From positions 2,688,001-2,752,000 of the forward strand of contig OZ240215.1 in assembly GCA_965197585.1 (NCBI GenBank): a stretch of DNA of 64,000 nucleotides, written 5' to 3'. Shown here one piece after another: positions 9,285 through 21,919 of the stretch. The translations under genes and the position numbers were made by a program. The DNA is from Dehalococcoidia bacterium. Lineage in GTDB: Bacteria; Chloroflexota; Dehalococcoidia; Plut-88900. Numbering within the stretch: position 1 is the first letter of the stretch; each line of letters begins with the position of its first letter. The notes beneath the pieces are model-generated. The model was given only the letters and a program-made list of their open reading frames with translations, was not told the DNA's origin and did no database searches.

Positions 9285-9978
9285 GTTCAAAGTATGCGGT
9301 CTCAGACGGGGTGAAGACGGACAGACTGCCATCCGCGAGGGGGCAGGCTTTATAGGGCTGATCTTTGCCCCCAGCAAGAGGCAGCTAACAGCGGAGGATG
9401 CTCGGGAGATCTTGGACATGGCTCGATCCGAACAAACCTCAGCAGACCGGCAACCGGAGGCCGTGGGTGTTTTCGTAAATGCCCCAGCGGACGAGGTCAA
9501 CCGGATAGCCGAATACTGCGGTCTGGACAGGTTGCAACTACACGGGGATGAGAGCCTGGATTACTGCTCGCTCATAGAAAAGCCTATATTGAAAGTAGTG
9601 AGGATCGAGGCCGGGGCGAGGGGGGACGACCTTTTGTCGGCATTGGAGCAGGAGCTTGGGGCAATAGTTGCCGCGGGGCACACGCCGATGCTCGATACCG
9701 TATCCAAGGGGCCGTACTACGGCGGCACGGGCCAGCCATTCGACTGGGTTGTCGCTGCTGAGCTGGCGGAGAAGTTCGACTTTGTGCTGTCCGGAGGGCT
9801 GAACCCCGATAACGTGGCCAAGGCTATCGAGCAGGTGCGACCCTGGGCAGTCGATGTGTCGAGCGGCGTGGAGACGGACGGAGTTAAGGACCCGGAGAAG
9901 ATAAGTGCCTTTGCACGGGCCGTCGTCAATGCCGACAAAGCTCTTACCAGAGGTCGGCCAGTCCCGAAACCAGCATGA
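9277..9978 (+). CDS. trpF: Phosphoribosylanthranilate isomerase
   Basis: [35 protein letters not shown]. Confidence 0.96.
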   Translation: MTKFKVCGLRRGEDGQTAIREGAGFIGLIFAPSKRQLTAEDAREILDMARSEQTSADRQPEAVGVFVNAPADEVNRIAEYCGLDRLQLHGDESLDYCSLIEKPILKVVRIEAGARGDDLLSALEQELGAIVAAGHTPMLDTVSKGPYYGGTGQPFDWVVAAELAEKFDFVLSGGLNPDNVAKAIEQVRPWAVDVSSGVETDGVKDPEKISAFARAVVNADKALTRGRPVPKPA

Positions 9979-11192
9979 CTACTTCCCGCTCCTCTTCAAC
10001 CTACTCCTATCCTGATGAGTCAGGACGCTATGGCGACTTCGGGGGCAAGTTCATCCCCGAGACGCTGATGCCCGCTCTGGATGAGCTGGAAGAAGAGTAC
10101 CGAGCTGCGCGGGCCGACCCCGCCTTCGGGGCCCGGGTAGCCGATCTTTCGGCCAACTACGCGGGCCGCCCGACGGCTCTCTACCTGGCCGAAACCCTCA
10201 CGGAGCGAGCTGGGGGCACGAAGATATACCTGAAGAGGGAAGACCTGGCCCATACCGGCGCGCACAAGATCAACAACGTCCTTGGGCAGGGGCTCCTGGC
10301 ACAGAGGATGGGCAAGCGGCGTATCATCGCAGAGACGGGGGCTGGGCAGCACGGGGTGGCCTCGGCGACCATCTGTGCCATGCTTGGGCTGGAATGTATC
10401 GTTTATATGGGTGAAAAGGACGTGCAACGGCAAGCGCTGAACGTGTTCAGGATGAAGCTGCTGGGAGCGGAGGTGGTGAGCGTCAAGTCGGGGAGCATGA
10501 CGCTGAAGGATGCGATCAACGAGGCGATCCGGGACTGGGTTACCAACGTGCGCACGACCCACTACCTGCTCGGGAGCGTGGTCGGGCCGCACCCGTACCC
10601 GATGATCGTGCGGGACTTCCAGTCGGTGATTGGCAGAGAGGCGCGGCAGCAGATGCTCGACGCCGAGGGTCGGCTGCCGGACTATGCTGTGGCCTGCGTG
10701 GGCGGCGGCAGCAACGCCATGGGGCTGTTCCACCCTTTCATTGGTGATGAGAAAGTACGGTTGGTGGGCGTGGAGGCGGCGGGTGAAGGAATCGAAAGTG
10801 GACATCACGCCTCGTCCCTGGGACATGGGAGACCGGGGGTGCTACACGGGTCGAATTCATACCTGTTGCAGGACGCCCACGGACAGGTGATGGAAGCGCA
10901 CAGCATCTCGGCGGGGCTGGACTATCCGGGGGTCGGGCCTGAGCACAGCCACCTGAAGTCTACGGGCAGGGCAAGCTATGTGTCGGTGACCGACGATCAG
11001 GCCTTGGAGGGATTCCATTTGCTGAGCCGCTCCGAGGGTATAATCCCGGCCTTGGAATCCTCGCACGCGGTGTACCACGCCGTGGAGCTAGCCAAGATGC
11101 TCAGCAAGGACCAAATAGTCCTAGTGAACCTGTCAGGGCGGGGTGACAAGGACATCGATACGGTGGCACAGGCCACGGGGGTGGGGATTTAG
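9975..11192 (+). CDS. trpB: Tryptophan synthase beta subunit (TrpB1 type)
   Basis: [50 protein letters not shown]. Confidence 0.98.
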   Translation: MTTSRSSSTYSYPDESGRYGDFGGKFIPETLMPALDELEEEYRAARADPAFGARVADLSANYAGRPTALYLAETLTERAGGTKIYLKREDLAHTGAHKINNVLGQGLLAQRMGKRRIIAETGAGQHGVASATICAMLGLECIVYMGEKDVQRQALNVFRMKLLGAEVVSVKSGSMTLKDAINEAIRDWVTNVRTTHYLLGSVVGPHPYPMIVRDFQSVIGREARQQMLDAEGRLPDYAVACVGGGSNAMGLFHPFIGDEKVRLVGVEAAGEGIESGHHASSLGHGRPGVLHGSNSYLLQDAHGQVMEAHSISAGLDYPGVGPEHSHLKSTGRASYVSVTDDQALEGFHLLSRSEGIIPALESSHAVYHAVELAKMLSKDQIVLVNLSGRGDKDIDTVAQATGVGI

Positions 11193-11216
11193 GGGGACGG
11201 TTTATTGATCTAACAT

Positions 11217-11503
11217 CTAGAGCCGAGTATTTCGTTCAATCTCGGCCTTGGTTGCCCGGTAGCTTGATTCCAAGTTAAGCTAGACTTGGGCTTTCAATCC
11301 GAGGACATTCTCCAAGGCGAGGGTTGATTCTCGGGTTATGGGCGTCTCGCCCGCGATGATGCCGTCGACAATTTCTGCGGCGCATTCGAGACTTGAAGCT
11401 AATTCCGAGGGGGTCATTCTCCGGGCTTCTAGCTCTTCAGCGAGTAATTCTCCGGGGGAATCGCTATATTGGAGCGCAAGCGCACTTTCTTCTCAGTCGC
11501 CAT
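11217..11503 (-). pseudogene. higA: HigA-family HTH antitoxin pseudogene
   Basis: Hand translation MATEKKVRLRSNIAIP/(P)GELLAEELEARRMTPSELA...PITRESTLALENVLGLKAQV*LNLESSY. There is a 1-nt deletion in the C-run near 11454-11458 and a TAG at 11280-11282 where the family has Trp (WLNLQ). Confidence 0.8.
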
Positions 11504-11552
11504 AGTGTCTTGAAACCTCCACTACCCGGACTTCGTTAACCGCCTCTTTTTC
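11493..11552 (-). pseudogene. C-terminal remnant of a HigB/RelE-type toxin
   Basis: Translates EKEAVNEVRVVEVSRHYGD*, overlapping the higA start as in higBA operons; the rest is missing. Confidence 0.55.
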
Positions 11553-11554
11553 GA

Positions 11555-12108
11555 CTATTTGTTGAGCACGTAGACATCGCGGAGGTTGCGGTAAGAGCCG
11601 TTGTAGTCCAGACCACCACCTACGACGAAGACGTTGGGGATTTCATATCCGACATAAGTCGCCCCGACATCATGGGTGCGCTGGGAGGGCTTGTCCAGCA
11701 GGGAGCAAATCTTGACTGATAAGGCACCCAAGTCCATTAGCCTTCGCGAAAACAGTTCACAGGTGGCACCACTATCGAGGATGTCCTCGACGATCAGCAC
11801 GTCACGGCCCTCGATCCGGTCTCGCAGAGGCAAAGAGTCCACGATCAACTGCCCGCCCGTGGTCCCGTAGTAACTGCGTATCCGCGCCGTTGTCACGGTC
11901 ACGGATTGGTCAAATGAGCGCATTAAGTCGGCGAGAATGCTTATTGCGCCATCCATCACACCGACAAGCACGAGGTTGGAAAGATCGTAGTCACGGGTAA
12001 TTTCGGCTGAGAGCCGCGTAATTGCCTCGGCGATTTGGGTTTCGGATATCAGGACTTTCCCTAGCTTCATTTCTTGCTCCAGGGGCTGCAATGGTGCGGG
12101 ATTGGGCA

Positions 12109-12109
<1 letters not shown>
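11555..12109 (-). CDS. hpt: Hypoxanthine phosphoribosyltransferase
   Basis: VLIVEDILDSGAT PRPP-binding loop, LLDKP, FVVG.GLDY...YRNL. Confidence 0.92.
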
Positions 12110-15006
<2,897 letters not shown>

Positions 15007-15114
15007 GGAATGCAGTCACCTAAACTAAGGGGGTCCGGGAGGCCAACGACAATTTTAGCATCGGGGTGGGGGGAGGGGAAAGGGTGGGGGGGTGCTCGGT
15101 TGACTAGAGGCACG

Positions 15115-15860
15115 CTGGGGTTTTATTCAGTTGTGGGGTTTGGGTTTTTGTTCTGTCTGTGTTGGGGGGCGATGGGAGACGCCTGTTGAGCCTGTCGGCC
15201 TCTACGCTCGTGCGGTGTTCCGGCTGTCGGGGGCCTGGAGGTCCGCCGAGGACGGATTGCAGCCAGCCGCGCCCTAGCGCTCGATGGAGGGCTCCGACTG
15301 CCAGGGCAGACAGTCAGGCCTTGACCCCGCCTCTGAATGCCCGCAGGCATGGTGGGGGCCAGTGATCGGGCTGTAGCCCCCTCAGATATCGTATTTGCGT
15401 GGGCCACCCGAGGGTCCAAGCGGCCCAACAGCCCCTTGCTTGATATGGCGTAAGCTCGCAGGCGGGCCAACTTCCGAGAGGGAGTCTCGGCCGGGGATAG
15501 CCGGTCCGCCACCCCTAGCTCGATAAAGCGTAAGCTCGCTGCTAACCGACCTTCGAGACGGGGTCTCGGCGGGGGATGGCCGGTCCACTATGACGCCGTC
15601 CAGGCATCTTCCATCGCCTGACTACCAGGGAAGGGGGCACGGGACCCGATGGGAAAAGGAGATGGCGCCGGTCACTTGTGCCGCGGGCCTGCGCGAAGGC
15701 CGTTGGGATGGGCTTGGACGTTGAGTCCTCGGGGGGTCGGGTGGGCTTCCCTGGGTTTTTGGTTCCTCCTTTAGGTTTAGGGTGAGTTACTAGCTAGTCG
15801 GGGATGAATATAGTACATATGTACAAGTATGGTCAAGGGGTTCGTGTCACTTTTTGGGGG
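15115..15860 (-). ncRNA. Putative large structured non-coding element, copy 1
   Basis: Homologous to 26978-27705 in promoter, SD, ~160 nt core, closing stem and tail; indels between copies break reading frames; no credible ORF. Confidence 0.6.
15807..15836 (-). promoter_or_regulatory. Promoter TTGACC-N18-TATATT with LexA-like box GTAC-ATAT-GTAC (15813-15824)
   Basis: Same spacing and box position as in copy 2; resembles the GAAC-N4-GTTC box bound by Dehalococcoides and Gram-positive LexA. Confidence 0.6.
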
Positions 15861-15888
15861 GCACCCCACCCATTCCGTTCTTGAGACC

Positions 15889-15998
15889 CCCTTCGACTCT
15901 GCTCAGGGCGAACGGAATTCACCACCCGTGGGGAGGGGTCCGGCTCGGTGAGGGTGCGTCTTCAGGAGGGATGGGTTCCTGCCTCCGCAGGAATGACG
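15889..15998. repeat. Cluster of REP-like half-palindromes
   Basis: cccttcgactctgctcagggcgaacgg and atgggttcctgcctccgcaggaatgacg; relatives at 22861-22890 and 27897-27926. Confidence 0.65.
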
Positions 15999-16016
15999 GT
16001 GGGGAGGGGGGTGGGG

Positions 16017-16415
16017 CTACCCTCCCATCTGGGCAATGCGCCGGGCCATCCAGGTGATGTAGGCGGTGCGGGTCATTTTGCGGCGTCGGGCTTCGCTGTC
16101 GATGAAGGCGGCGACGCCATCGTCAAGAGTGAGATTGGCACGGACTTTCCTCCCGGAGATGCGTATAAGGGGCACAGAAACGAGTTGGCAACCCAAGGGC
16201 ACATCAATGGATTCGAAGGGGCTCGGTGGAGCTACTTCCCTACCTCTTTTCTCCATCTCTTCCACCCAGTCCCGCATTGCATCTTCGGCATTTACAATTG
16301 CATCTTCGACCGTGTAGCCCATGGCTGCGCAACCAGGAAGGTCCGGGAAGGCAACTCCGTAGGCGCCTACTTCCCCGTCCATTAGAGCGGGATATCTTAT
16401 GGGATTGGCTTCCAT
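16017..16415 (-). CDS. hicB: HicB family antitoxin
   Basis: YGVAFPDLPGC.A.G.TVEDAI.NA.DA, plus a C-terminal RHH-like RANLTLD. Confidence 0.9.
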   Translation of the reverse strand: MEANPIRYPALMDGEVGAYGVAFPDLPGCAAMGYTVEDAIVNAEDAMRDWVEEMEKRGREVAPPSPFESIDVPLGCQLVSVPLIRISGRKVRANLTLDDGVAAFIDSEARRRKMTRTAYITWMARRIAQMGG

Positions 16416-16429
16416 ATCCAATGTTCCTC

Positions 16430-16618
16430 TCAGTTCCAACCAGCGCTCCTTGCGATAGTACGTGCAACGATTGGCGACACGTTGTTGTGGCGCGGCACCG
16501 AAATCAGGGGCAGATAATCGGGATGCTCATAGATGTCATGATTAGAGCCGTGCCGGACAAAATACCAACCTTCCCGCTGCAGTCTCCGTATAATCCGACG
16601 CCTGTTTAGTTCCATCAA
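16430..16618 (-). CDS. hicA: HicA family toxin
   Basis: II.RL..EGW...R.GSNH.IY.HP....ISVPRH; 62 aa, upstream of hicB. Confidence 0.9.
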   Translation of the reverse strand: MMELNRRRIIRRLQREGWYFVRHGSNHDIYEHPDYLPLISVPRHNNVSPIVARTIARSAGWN

Positions 16619-16928
16619 GTGCCAATTTTAGCACTTTTTATAAGTGCGGGAAAAGCGTGGCATTGGTTCTGGACGGTAGGTAAGGTCAACAGCAGAATAA
16701 AGAAGGAGCACGCTTGGGCGTCATTGATTGTTTCTGATTGTATTCGTGCCTGTATGATTGAACTTCGCAAGAATTTTCGTGGGGGGCGGGGTGGGGAGGT
16801 TGAGGAGGAGCGGGAAAAGAGGTGCATGGGAATGGGATATTATAGGTGAGGGGTTCGGGGGTGGGTCAATGGGCCGGTGTCACACAGGACAGGGCGTTGC
16901 AGGTTAGACGAAAGACAAGGGGAGAAGC

Positions 16929-18080
16929 ATGAAAAACGGCGTGAAGGTATTCGATGCGGACATGCACATCATGGAGGACCTGAAATTCGTGGAGTATATG
17001 GACCCGGAGTACCGGGACCGAGGCCCAAAAGCCGCCCCGCCCGACGAGAGCTTCCCGGACTTCAGGGCGTCTATGCTGGATGGGAAACCGTTGTCGGGGC
17101 CAGCGCGCATCTATCCCACGCCCGAGATGAGACCGGGGGCAGCGTTGTCCAGACGCTCCTTTACCGAAGGAATGGCTAAATATGTCGAGGGCCGGGCCGA
17201 CGGGTTCGGGCCAAAGTCCCAGCTCGCGGCACTGGAGACTGAAGGGATAGACGTGGCTGCAATGTACCCATCGTCCACGATCCTCAGTTTCCCCACGCCA
17301 AAGACCGACGGGCTCGATCCCAAGCTGTCGGCGGCGATATGCCGGGGATACAACGACTGGCTGACGGACTTCTGCTCGATAGACAGCTCTCGGATGAAGG
17401 GTGTCGCGGCTACGCCGATTCATGACGTTGAGGAGTCGGTGATCGAGATCACTCGGGCGGTGAAAGAGAACTCGATGATTGCGGCTTACATCCGGCCCAA
17501 CGTAATAAACGGCCGCAACCTACACGACGCTTACTACGATCCTCTCTATTCGACCTTGGAAGAGCTGAACGTTCCTCTAGTGGTACACGAGGGAACGGCG
17601 GGCGGGCCGCCGGGCGCCGACCAGCGGTTCCTGGGCAACTGGGTGATGATGCACATGGCCGCACACCCGTTGGAGCAGATGCTGGGCAGCGAGAGCATCG
17701 TGGTCGGGGGAGTGCTGGAGAGGCACCCGAAGCTGAGGGTGGCGTTCCTGGAGTGCGGCTGCAGCTGGCTCGTCTACTGGCTGTGGCGCCTAGACGAGGA
17801 GCTTGAAGCATGGGGTTGGCACGAGGTGCCGTGGCTGAAGAAGAAGCCGAGCGAGTATTTCATGGAGCAATGCTACGTGTCGATGGAGGGAGATGAGCCG
17901 GGGGCCAAGTACTACGTGGAGATGCACGGTAACGACCGGCTGCTATGGGCATCGGACTACCCGCACCCGGACGCAGGATTCCCGAATGCTACGGAGGAGT
18001 TTCTGGGGCTGGACTCGATATCGGAGGAGACGAAGAGGAAGGTGCTGTGGGACAACCCGATGGAGTTTTATGGGTTTTAG
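16929..18080 (+). CDS. Amidohydrolase family protein (Amidohydro_2)
   Basis: DADMH, YNDWLTDFC, HPKLRVAFLE.G, WASDYPHPD. Confidence 0.9.
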   Translation: MKNGVKVFDADMHIMEDLKFVEYMDPEYRDRGPKAAPPDESFPDFRASMLDGKPLSGPARIYPTPEMRPGAALSRRSFTEGMAKYVEGRADGFGPKSQLAALETEGIDVAAMYPSSTILSFPTPKTDGLDPKLSAAICRGYNDWLTDFCSIDSSRMKGVAATPIHDVEESVIEITRAVKENSMIAAYIRPNVINGRNLHDAYYDPLYSTLEELNVPLVVHEGTAGGPPGADQRFLGNWVMMHMAAHPLEQMLGSESIVVGGVLERHPKLRVAFLECGCSWLVYWLWRLDEELEAWGWHEVPWLKKKPSEYFMEQCYVSMEGDEPGAKYYVEMHGNDRLLWASDYPHPDAGFPNATEEFLGLDSISEETKRKVLWDNPMEFYGF

Positions 18081-18109
18081 GGGGGGATCTGCAAAGCAGA
18101 TTGGACAGG

Positions 18110-19726
18110 CTACTCAAACAAGACTTTAACGTCTGACCCGTCCCGGTCCATCGTGAAGAGCTGTCCCAGGTTGCCGAAGTCACCTTCGGCGTAAGGGTGT
18201 TCACCTCTCTCTTCTGCTTCTGTTTCTGTGAGGGAGTGGGGGATGTATAGAGCAATCCTGCTGCCGTCTGGCGACCAGGCGACCTCGCCGCTCATGTTGG
18301 AGAGGCGACTGACCCCGCTGCCATCGGCTTTTGCAACCCACACGCCGTGCGAGCTATAGAGTATGTCGGTGCCGTCGGGAGACCAGGCAAGTTTCTTCGC
18401 GGCGCGGAACGTTACATGGTTCGGTAGCCTTTCAAGTCCCGTGCCATCGAATCTCACAGTGTAAATGCCGGAGCCCCTACCTTCCTTGCCCACAAAGGCA
18501 ATCCGGTTCCCGTCGGGAGACCAAGAAGGAGTGGCAAGCGGGACCCAGTCTTGCACCAATATTTCGCCTAAACGGTCCGACCCCGAAATATGGGTCAAGC
18601 CAGATCCGTCAGCCATAACCGTATATAGGGCTGGCACTCCCACCATGCAATCATTCTCTCCACTATCCTCGTTCACGATGAACGCCAACCGGCGACCGTT
18701 AGGCGACCACTGTGGCGCCGACAGTGCGACATTCATATGGATAGGCGTCAGTAACTGGATGTCCGAGCCGTCGGCATTCATTGCGTAGAGATGTCTATCT
18801 CCGCGACATCCCCCTAACTCCTTCTTTTCAGAGATAAACGCAATGCGAGTTCCATCGGGAGACCACGTGGGGAAGTGATCTATCCATTCGTTGTCGGTTA
18901 GGCGTTGCAGATCGCCGCCATCTATTCGCACAGTCGCAATTTCATAATGAGACTTGCGATCGTCGTAGTAGGGGATTTTGATAAGTTCGAATGAATACAT
19001 GGAAAAAGAACGGCGCTCAGCGGCAAACTGGCACGTCGAATATACAATTCGACAACCCTTTGAGGATACATCCCCATGCAGGCCGAAGGGCAGTGCAGGG
19101 TAGCCATATGGCCTATATCCGGGATTGGCATCAGCCACTATTTGCGGTTCGGAGCCTGTGCTGTCCACAGACCAAACAGCTCCGTCATAGCCGAATACAA
19201 TCCTGGAGCCGTCATCGGTCCACTCTACGAAATCCTTTGAGAAACTGGTCAAGTAATGGGTACCATGAGGTATGTCCCCTGCATAGCCTGTATATCCATC
19301 TGGATTAGGCCTGCATGAAGAAAAAGGTGGATTGCCACTAGCGCCCCTGTTTCGTCGCAATGGAGACGGAGTGGGAATTTCAATCACGGTAGAGGATATC
19401 GTCGTGTTGGCCGCAATTGGGGTTGGCAATTGATCCGGATCCACAGTCAATTCGCATGGAGTAGGAGTCATGGGCTCAACTGGAACAGCCGTCGGACTAA
19501 ACGGGGTGGGAGTAGAGACAACAACCGGGGATACTGATGCGGGGGGAGATGAGGCAAGTGCGGGTATGGTTGGGGTTGAAGTCGCCACTATGGCTGATGC
19601 AGAAACGCTTGGAATAGGAGATTCAGACACCGAAGGGGTCGTCGATGCCGCATCCGTACAGGCGATAAGCATTGCGATCATCAACACCGAAAGCAACGAT
19701 AAAGAGCCCTTCCGAATTAAGCGCAT
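18110..19726 (-). CDS. Lipoprotein with Pro/Thr/Ser-rich linker and TolB-like PD40 beta-propeller
   Basis: Lipobox LIAC; repeated P.WSPDG..IAF motifs. Confidence 0.85.
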   Translation of the reverse strand: MRLIRKGSLSLLSVLMIAMLIACTDAASTTPSVSESPIPSVSASAIVATSTPTIPALASSPPASVSPVVVSTPTPFSPTAVPVEPMTPTPCELTVDPDQLPTPIAANTTISSTVIEIPTPSPLRRNRGASGNPPFSSCRPNPDGYTGYAGDIPHGTHYLTSFSKDFVEWTDDGSRIVFGYDGAVWSVDSTGSEPQIVADANPGYRPYGYPALPFGLHGDVSSKGCRIVYSTCQFAAERRSFSMYSFELIKIPYYDDRKSHYEIATVRIDGGDLQRLTDNEWIDHFPTWSPDGTRIAFISEKKELGGCRGDRHLYAMNADGSDIQLLTPIHMNVALSAPQWSPNGRRLAFIVNEDSGENDCMVGVPALYTVMADGSGLTHISGSDRLGEILVQDWVPLATPSWSPDGNRIAFVGKEGRGSGIYTVRFDGTGLERLPNHVTFRAAKKLAWSPDGTDILYSSHGVWVAKADGSGVSRLSNMSGEVAWSPDGSRIALYIPHSLTETEAEERGEHPYAEGDFGNLGQLFTMDRDGSDVKVLFE

Positions 19727-19746
19727 ATGTTTACTGCTGACTCGAA

Positions 19747-20007
19747 TCAAATTTGGGAGTCGGTTTGAGGGACGATTTCGACGCCGGGGTTGTCTTCCAG
19801 GGCCTGCACCATCTGTGCGGCGAATAGCCTACGGAACTCTCCCATGCTTGCCATAGCGTCAAGGGCCTCGGTTAGCACCATTTGAGTTGTCACTACGTCA
19901 GATGCGCCCCGGGAATCGGCAATCGATAGAGCCTGTTTGTGTAATGAATCCCAGGGATTCGACAATGCGATCCAATAACCCGAATCAGCAAAAGAGATGG
20001 CTATCAG
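19747..20007 (-). pseudogene. Truncated PIN-domain (VapC) toxin
   Basis: FADSGYWIAL.NP.DSLH..A and TTQMVLTEAL are present; it ends at VEIVPQTDSQI*, lacking the C-terminal catalytic Asp motifs; no clean start. Confidence 0.7.
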
Positions 20008-20255
20008 TCGTCTTCCTTCGGATGGCCGTAGAGATAGTGTCTCTTGTTCTTTGCCAAGTCGGTGGGAAGGTCGTCCCATGCCTCAGATGGAATGTCTTTC
20101 TGGAGGTCTTTGACTCTTTCGACGATGGCAGTCAAGCCTCTGGCGGGCGGCAGGTCCTCTATTGAGACTACGACCTCCTTGCCCTCCTCCAAGTCGAGCG
20201 GCTCCAATGGCGTGAGGACCCCTTTGGAATACCTGGCCTTCACATTCGCAATCAT
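20004..20255 (-). CDS. AF2212/DUF104-like antitoxin
   Basis: KARYSKGVLTPLEPLDLEEGKEV; C-terminal LPTDLA.N..HYLYG; directly upstream of the PIN gene. Confidence 0.8.
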   Translation of the reverse strand: MIANVKARYSKGVLTPLEPLDLEEGKEVVVSIEDLPPARGLTAIVERVKDLQKDIPSEAWDDLPTDLAKNKRHYLYGHPKEDD

Positions 20256-20431
20256 GGCCGCACCTTTCCAGCTATAGCGCACATTGTTTTGCGCTTCCGC
20301 AATGATAACCCGAATATAACATCAAACTGCACTGAAGATAGCCCGCGCTGCATCTATAGCAGGGTACAGAAAAACGCTTTTTGAGTTTTCCCGCAGCCTC
20401 TCCCTGGCCAGGAAGGGGGGAGAAAGTTATA

Positions 20432-20485
20432 TCTGAGGGACACCCTCAGACTCCCGTCGAGGGGCTCTGCCTATCTGCACACCCC
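20432..20485. repeat. Intergenic palindromic repeat
   Basis: tctgagggacaccctcaga hairpin followed by ctcccgtcgaggggctctgcctatctgcacacccc. Confidence 0.5.
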
Positions 20486-20573
20486 ATATTTCAGCAGCCT
20501 GCTAGTTTCGTCGGGAGCAATTGCCATGCTTCAATGGCCTGAGATAACAGACCAGGCATGAAGGGCATATGGG

Positions 20574-21881
20574 TCAAGACTGGATTTTAAGAAGGGCCTC
20601 CAGCCGTTTTCGGGCGCGGGTGGGGCCTACTACGGTTAGGCTGAGCTTTTCGGTGCGGAGGAGGGTATCAGTGACGCGTCGGACGTCTTCGATGGTGACG
20701 GCGTCGACGCGGCGGACTACTTCGTCGATCATGAGGACCTGGCCGGTGACCATCTCCTGGGCGCCAAACCAGCCTGCCACGCTGCGGGTGTCCTCGGTGC
20801 GGAGGAGCAGGCGGCCTTTGACCAGCTCTTTGGACTTTTCGAGCTCAGACTCGGTGATGCCCTCTTTGAGCTTCTGAAGCTCGTTCATTATGCCTGCGAG
20901 AGTCTCGTTGGTGCGGGAAGGGTCGACGCCCGCGGCCACGCAGAGGGTGCCGCAGTCCAAGTAGTGGTTGTTGTAGCTGTAGACGTTGTAGGCCAACCCC
21001 CGGTTCTCCCTTAACTCCACGAAGAGCCGGCTGCTCATGCCATCTCCGAGGACGACGTTCAGAAGGTCGAGCGCGTAGCGGTCCGGGTGGTTTACGGCCA
21101 GGCCCCTGACGGCGAGGTTAAGGTGGACCTGCTCTATCTTCCGGTACTCGACGTGCATTCTCGGGGAGTCTTGATCGTCGGGGGCGGGGGTGAAGGTGCG
21201 GGGCTCGGAGGGCTGCCAGCCGTTCAGGCGTGAGGCAAGGGCCTCGACGACCTCGTCATGGTCCACGGCCCCTGCGACGGAGACCACAGTGTTGTTCGGC
21301 GAGTAGTGGGCGTTGAAATAGTCCAGGAGCTGTTCACGGGTGATGGAGTTAATCGAGTCTCGGGTGCCGCCGATGTCTCTTCCCAAGGGGTGATCAGGCC
21401 AGACAATCTGGTCGAGCAGGACTTCTCCCCACTGGTTGGGAGCGTCCTTGACCATGTTCAGCTCTTCGAGGATGACGCGCCGTTCTTTCTCGATGTCTTC
21501 GGAGTCGAAGCGGGAGTTGCGGAGCATGTCGACGAGGAGGTCGAGGGCCTCGGGAAAGTGGGGAAGGGCAACCTTGGCCCAGTAGGTGGTTACCTCCTGG
21601 TCGGTGCTGCCGTTGAGAGAGCCGCCTACACCCTCGACGGGCTCGGATATCTGCTGAGGGAGGCGCCGCTTCTCGGTCCCCTTAAAGCAAAGGTGTTCGA
21701 TGAAGTGGGAGATGCCAGCTTCGTTGTCGGCTTCGTATCGGGACCCGGTGCCCACGAGGATGATCATGCTCGCCGAGCGGGTGTGGGGCATGTTGCAGGT
21801 TATGACCCTCAGACCCGAGTCCAGGGTGGTCTTTTGGTAGGTCTGGTCGGCGACGGAGGTCGCGTCAGACGGCACGGCCAC
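20574..21881 (-). CDS. M16 (pitrilysin-family) zinc peptidase
   Basis: GISHFIEHLCFKGT (HxxEH); MSSRLF.ELRE.RGLAY. Confidence 0.93.
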   Translation of the reverse strand: MAVPSDATSVADQTYQKTTLDSGLRVITCNMPHTRSASMIILVGTGSRYEADNEAGISHFIEHLCFKGTEKRRLPQQISEPVEGVGGSLNGSTDQEVTTYWAKVALPHFPEALDLLVDMLRNSRFDSEDIEKERRVILEELNMVKDAPNQWGEVLLDQIVWPDHPLGRDIGGTRDSINSITREQLLDYFNAHYSPNNTVVSVAGAVDHDEVVEALASRLNGWQPSEPRTFTPAPDDQDSPRMHVEYRKIEQVHLNLAVRGLAVNHPDRYALDLLNVVLGDGMSSRLFVELRENRGLAYNVYSYNNHYLDCGTLCVAAGVDPSRTNETLAGIMNELQKLKEGITESELEKSKELVKGRLLLRTEDTRSVAGWFGAQEMVTGQVLMIDEVVRRVDAVTIEDVRRVTDTLLRTEKLSLTVVGPTRARKRLEALLKIQS

Positions 21882-21919
21882 AGACCTGCGATGGGGGGTG
21901 GTGCGGGGTGAGTTCAGGG

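Noticed and set aside
11280-11282. In-frame TAG in higA as possible recoding
   Set aside because: The gene also has a frameshift and its toxin is deleted; other genes here use TAG as a normal stop.
15123-15588. ORFs predicted inside the non-coding elements (also 27168-27723)
   Set aside because: Low-complexity P/R/G translations, no SD-linked starts, and frames not conserved between the two copies.
15168-15618. Retron msr-msd (a1/a2-like inverted repeats)
   Set aside because: No reverse transcriptase in the window and the enclosed region is longer than typical; kept only as a remote hypothesis.
15595-15625. GGCGATGGA resembles the start of a fluoride riboswitch
   Set aside because: The GTTCGCC and GCTRATGAC parts are absent; the motif is explained as one arm of the long-range stem.
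16619-16860. AT-richer segment upstream of hicA with short ORFs
   Set aside because: No recognisable protein or RNA motif; probably promoter or remnant DNA.
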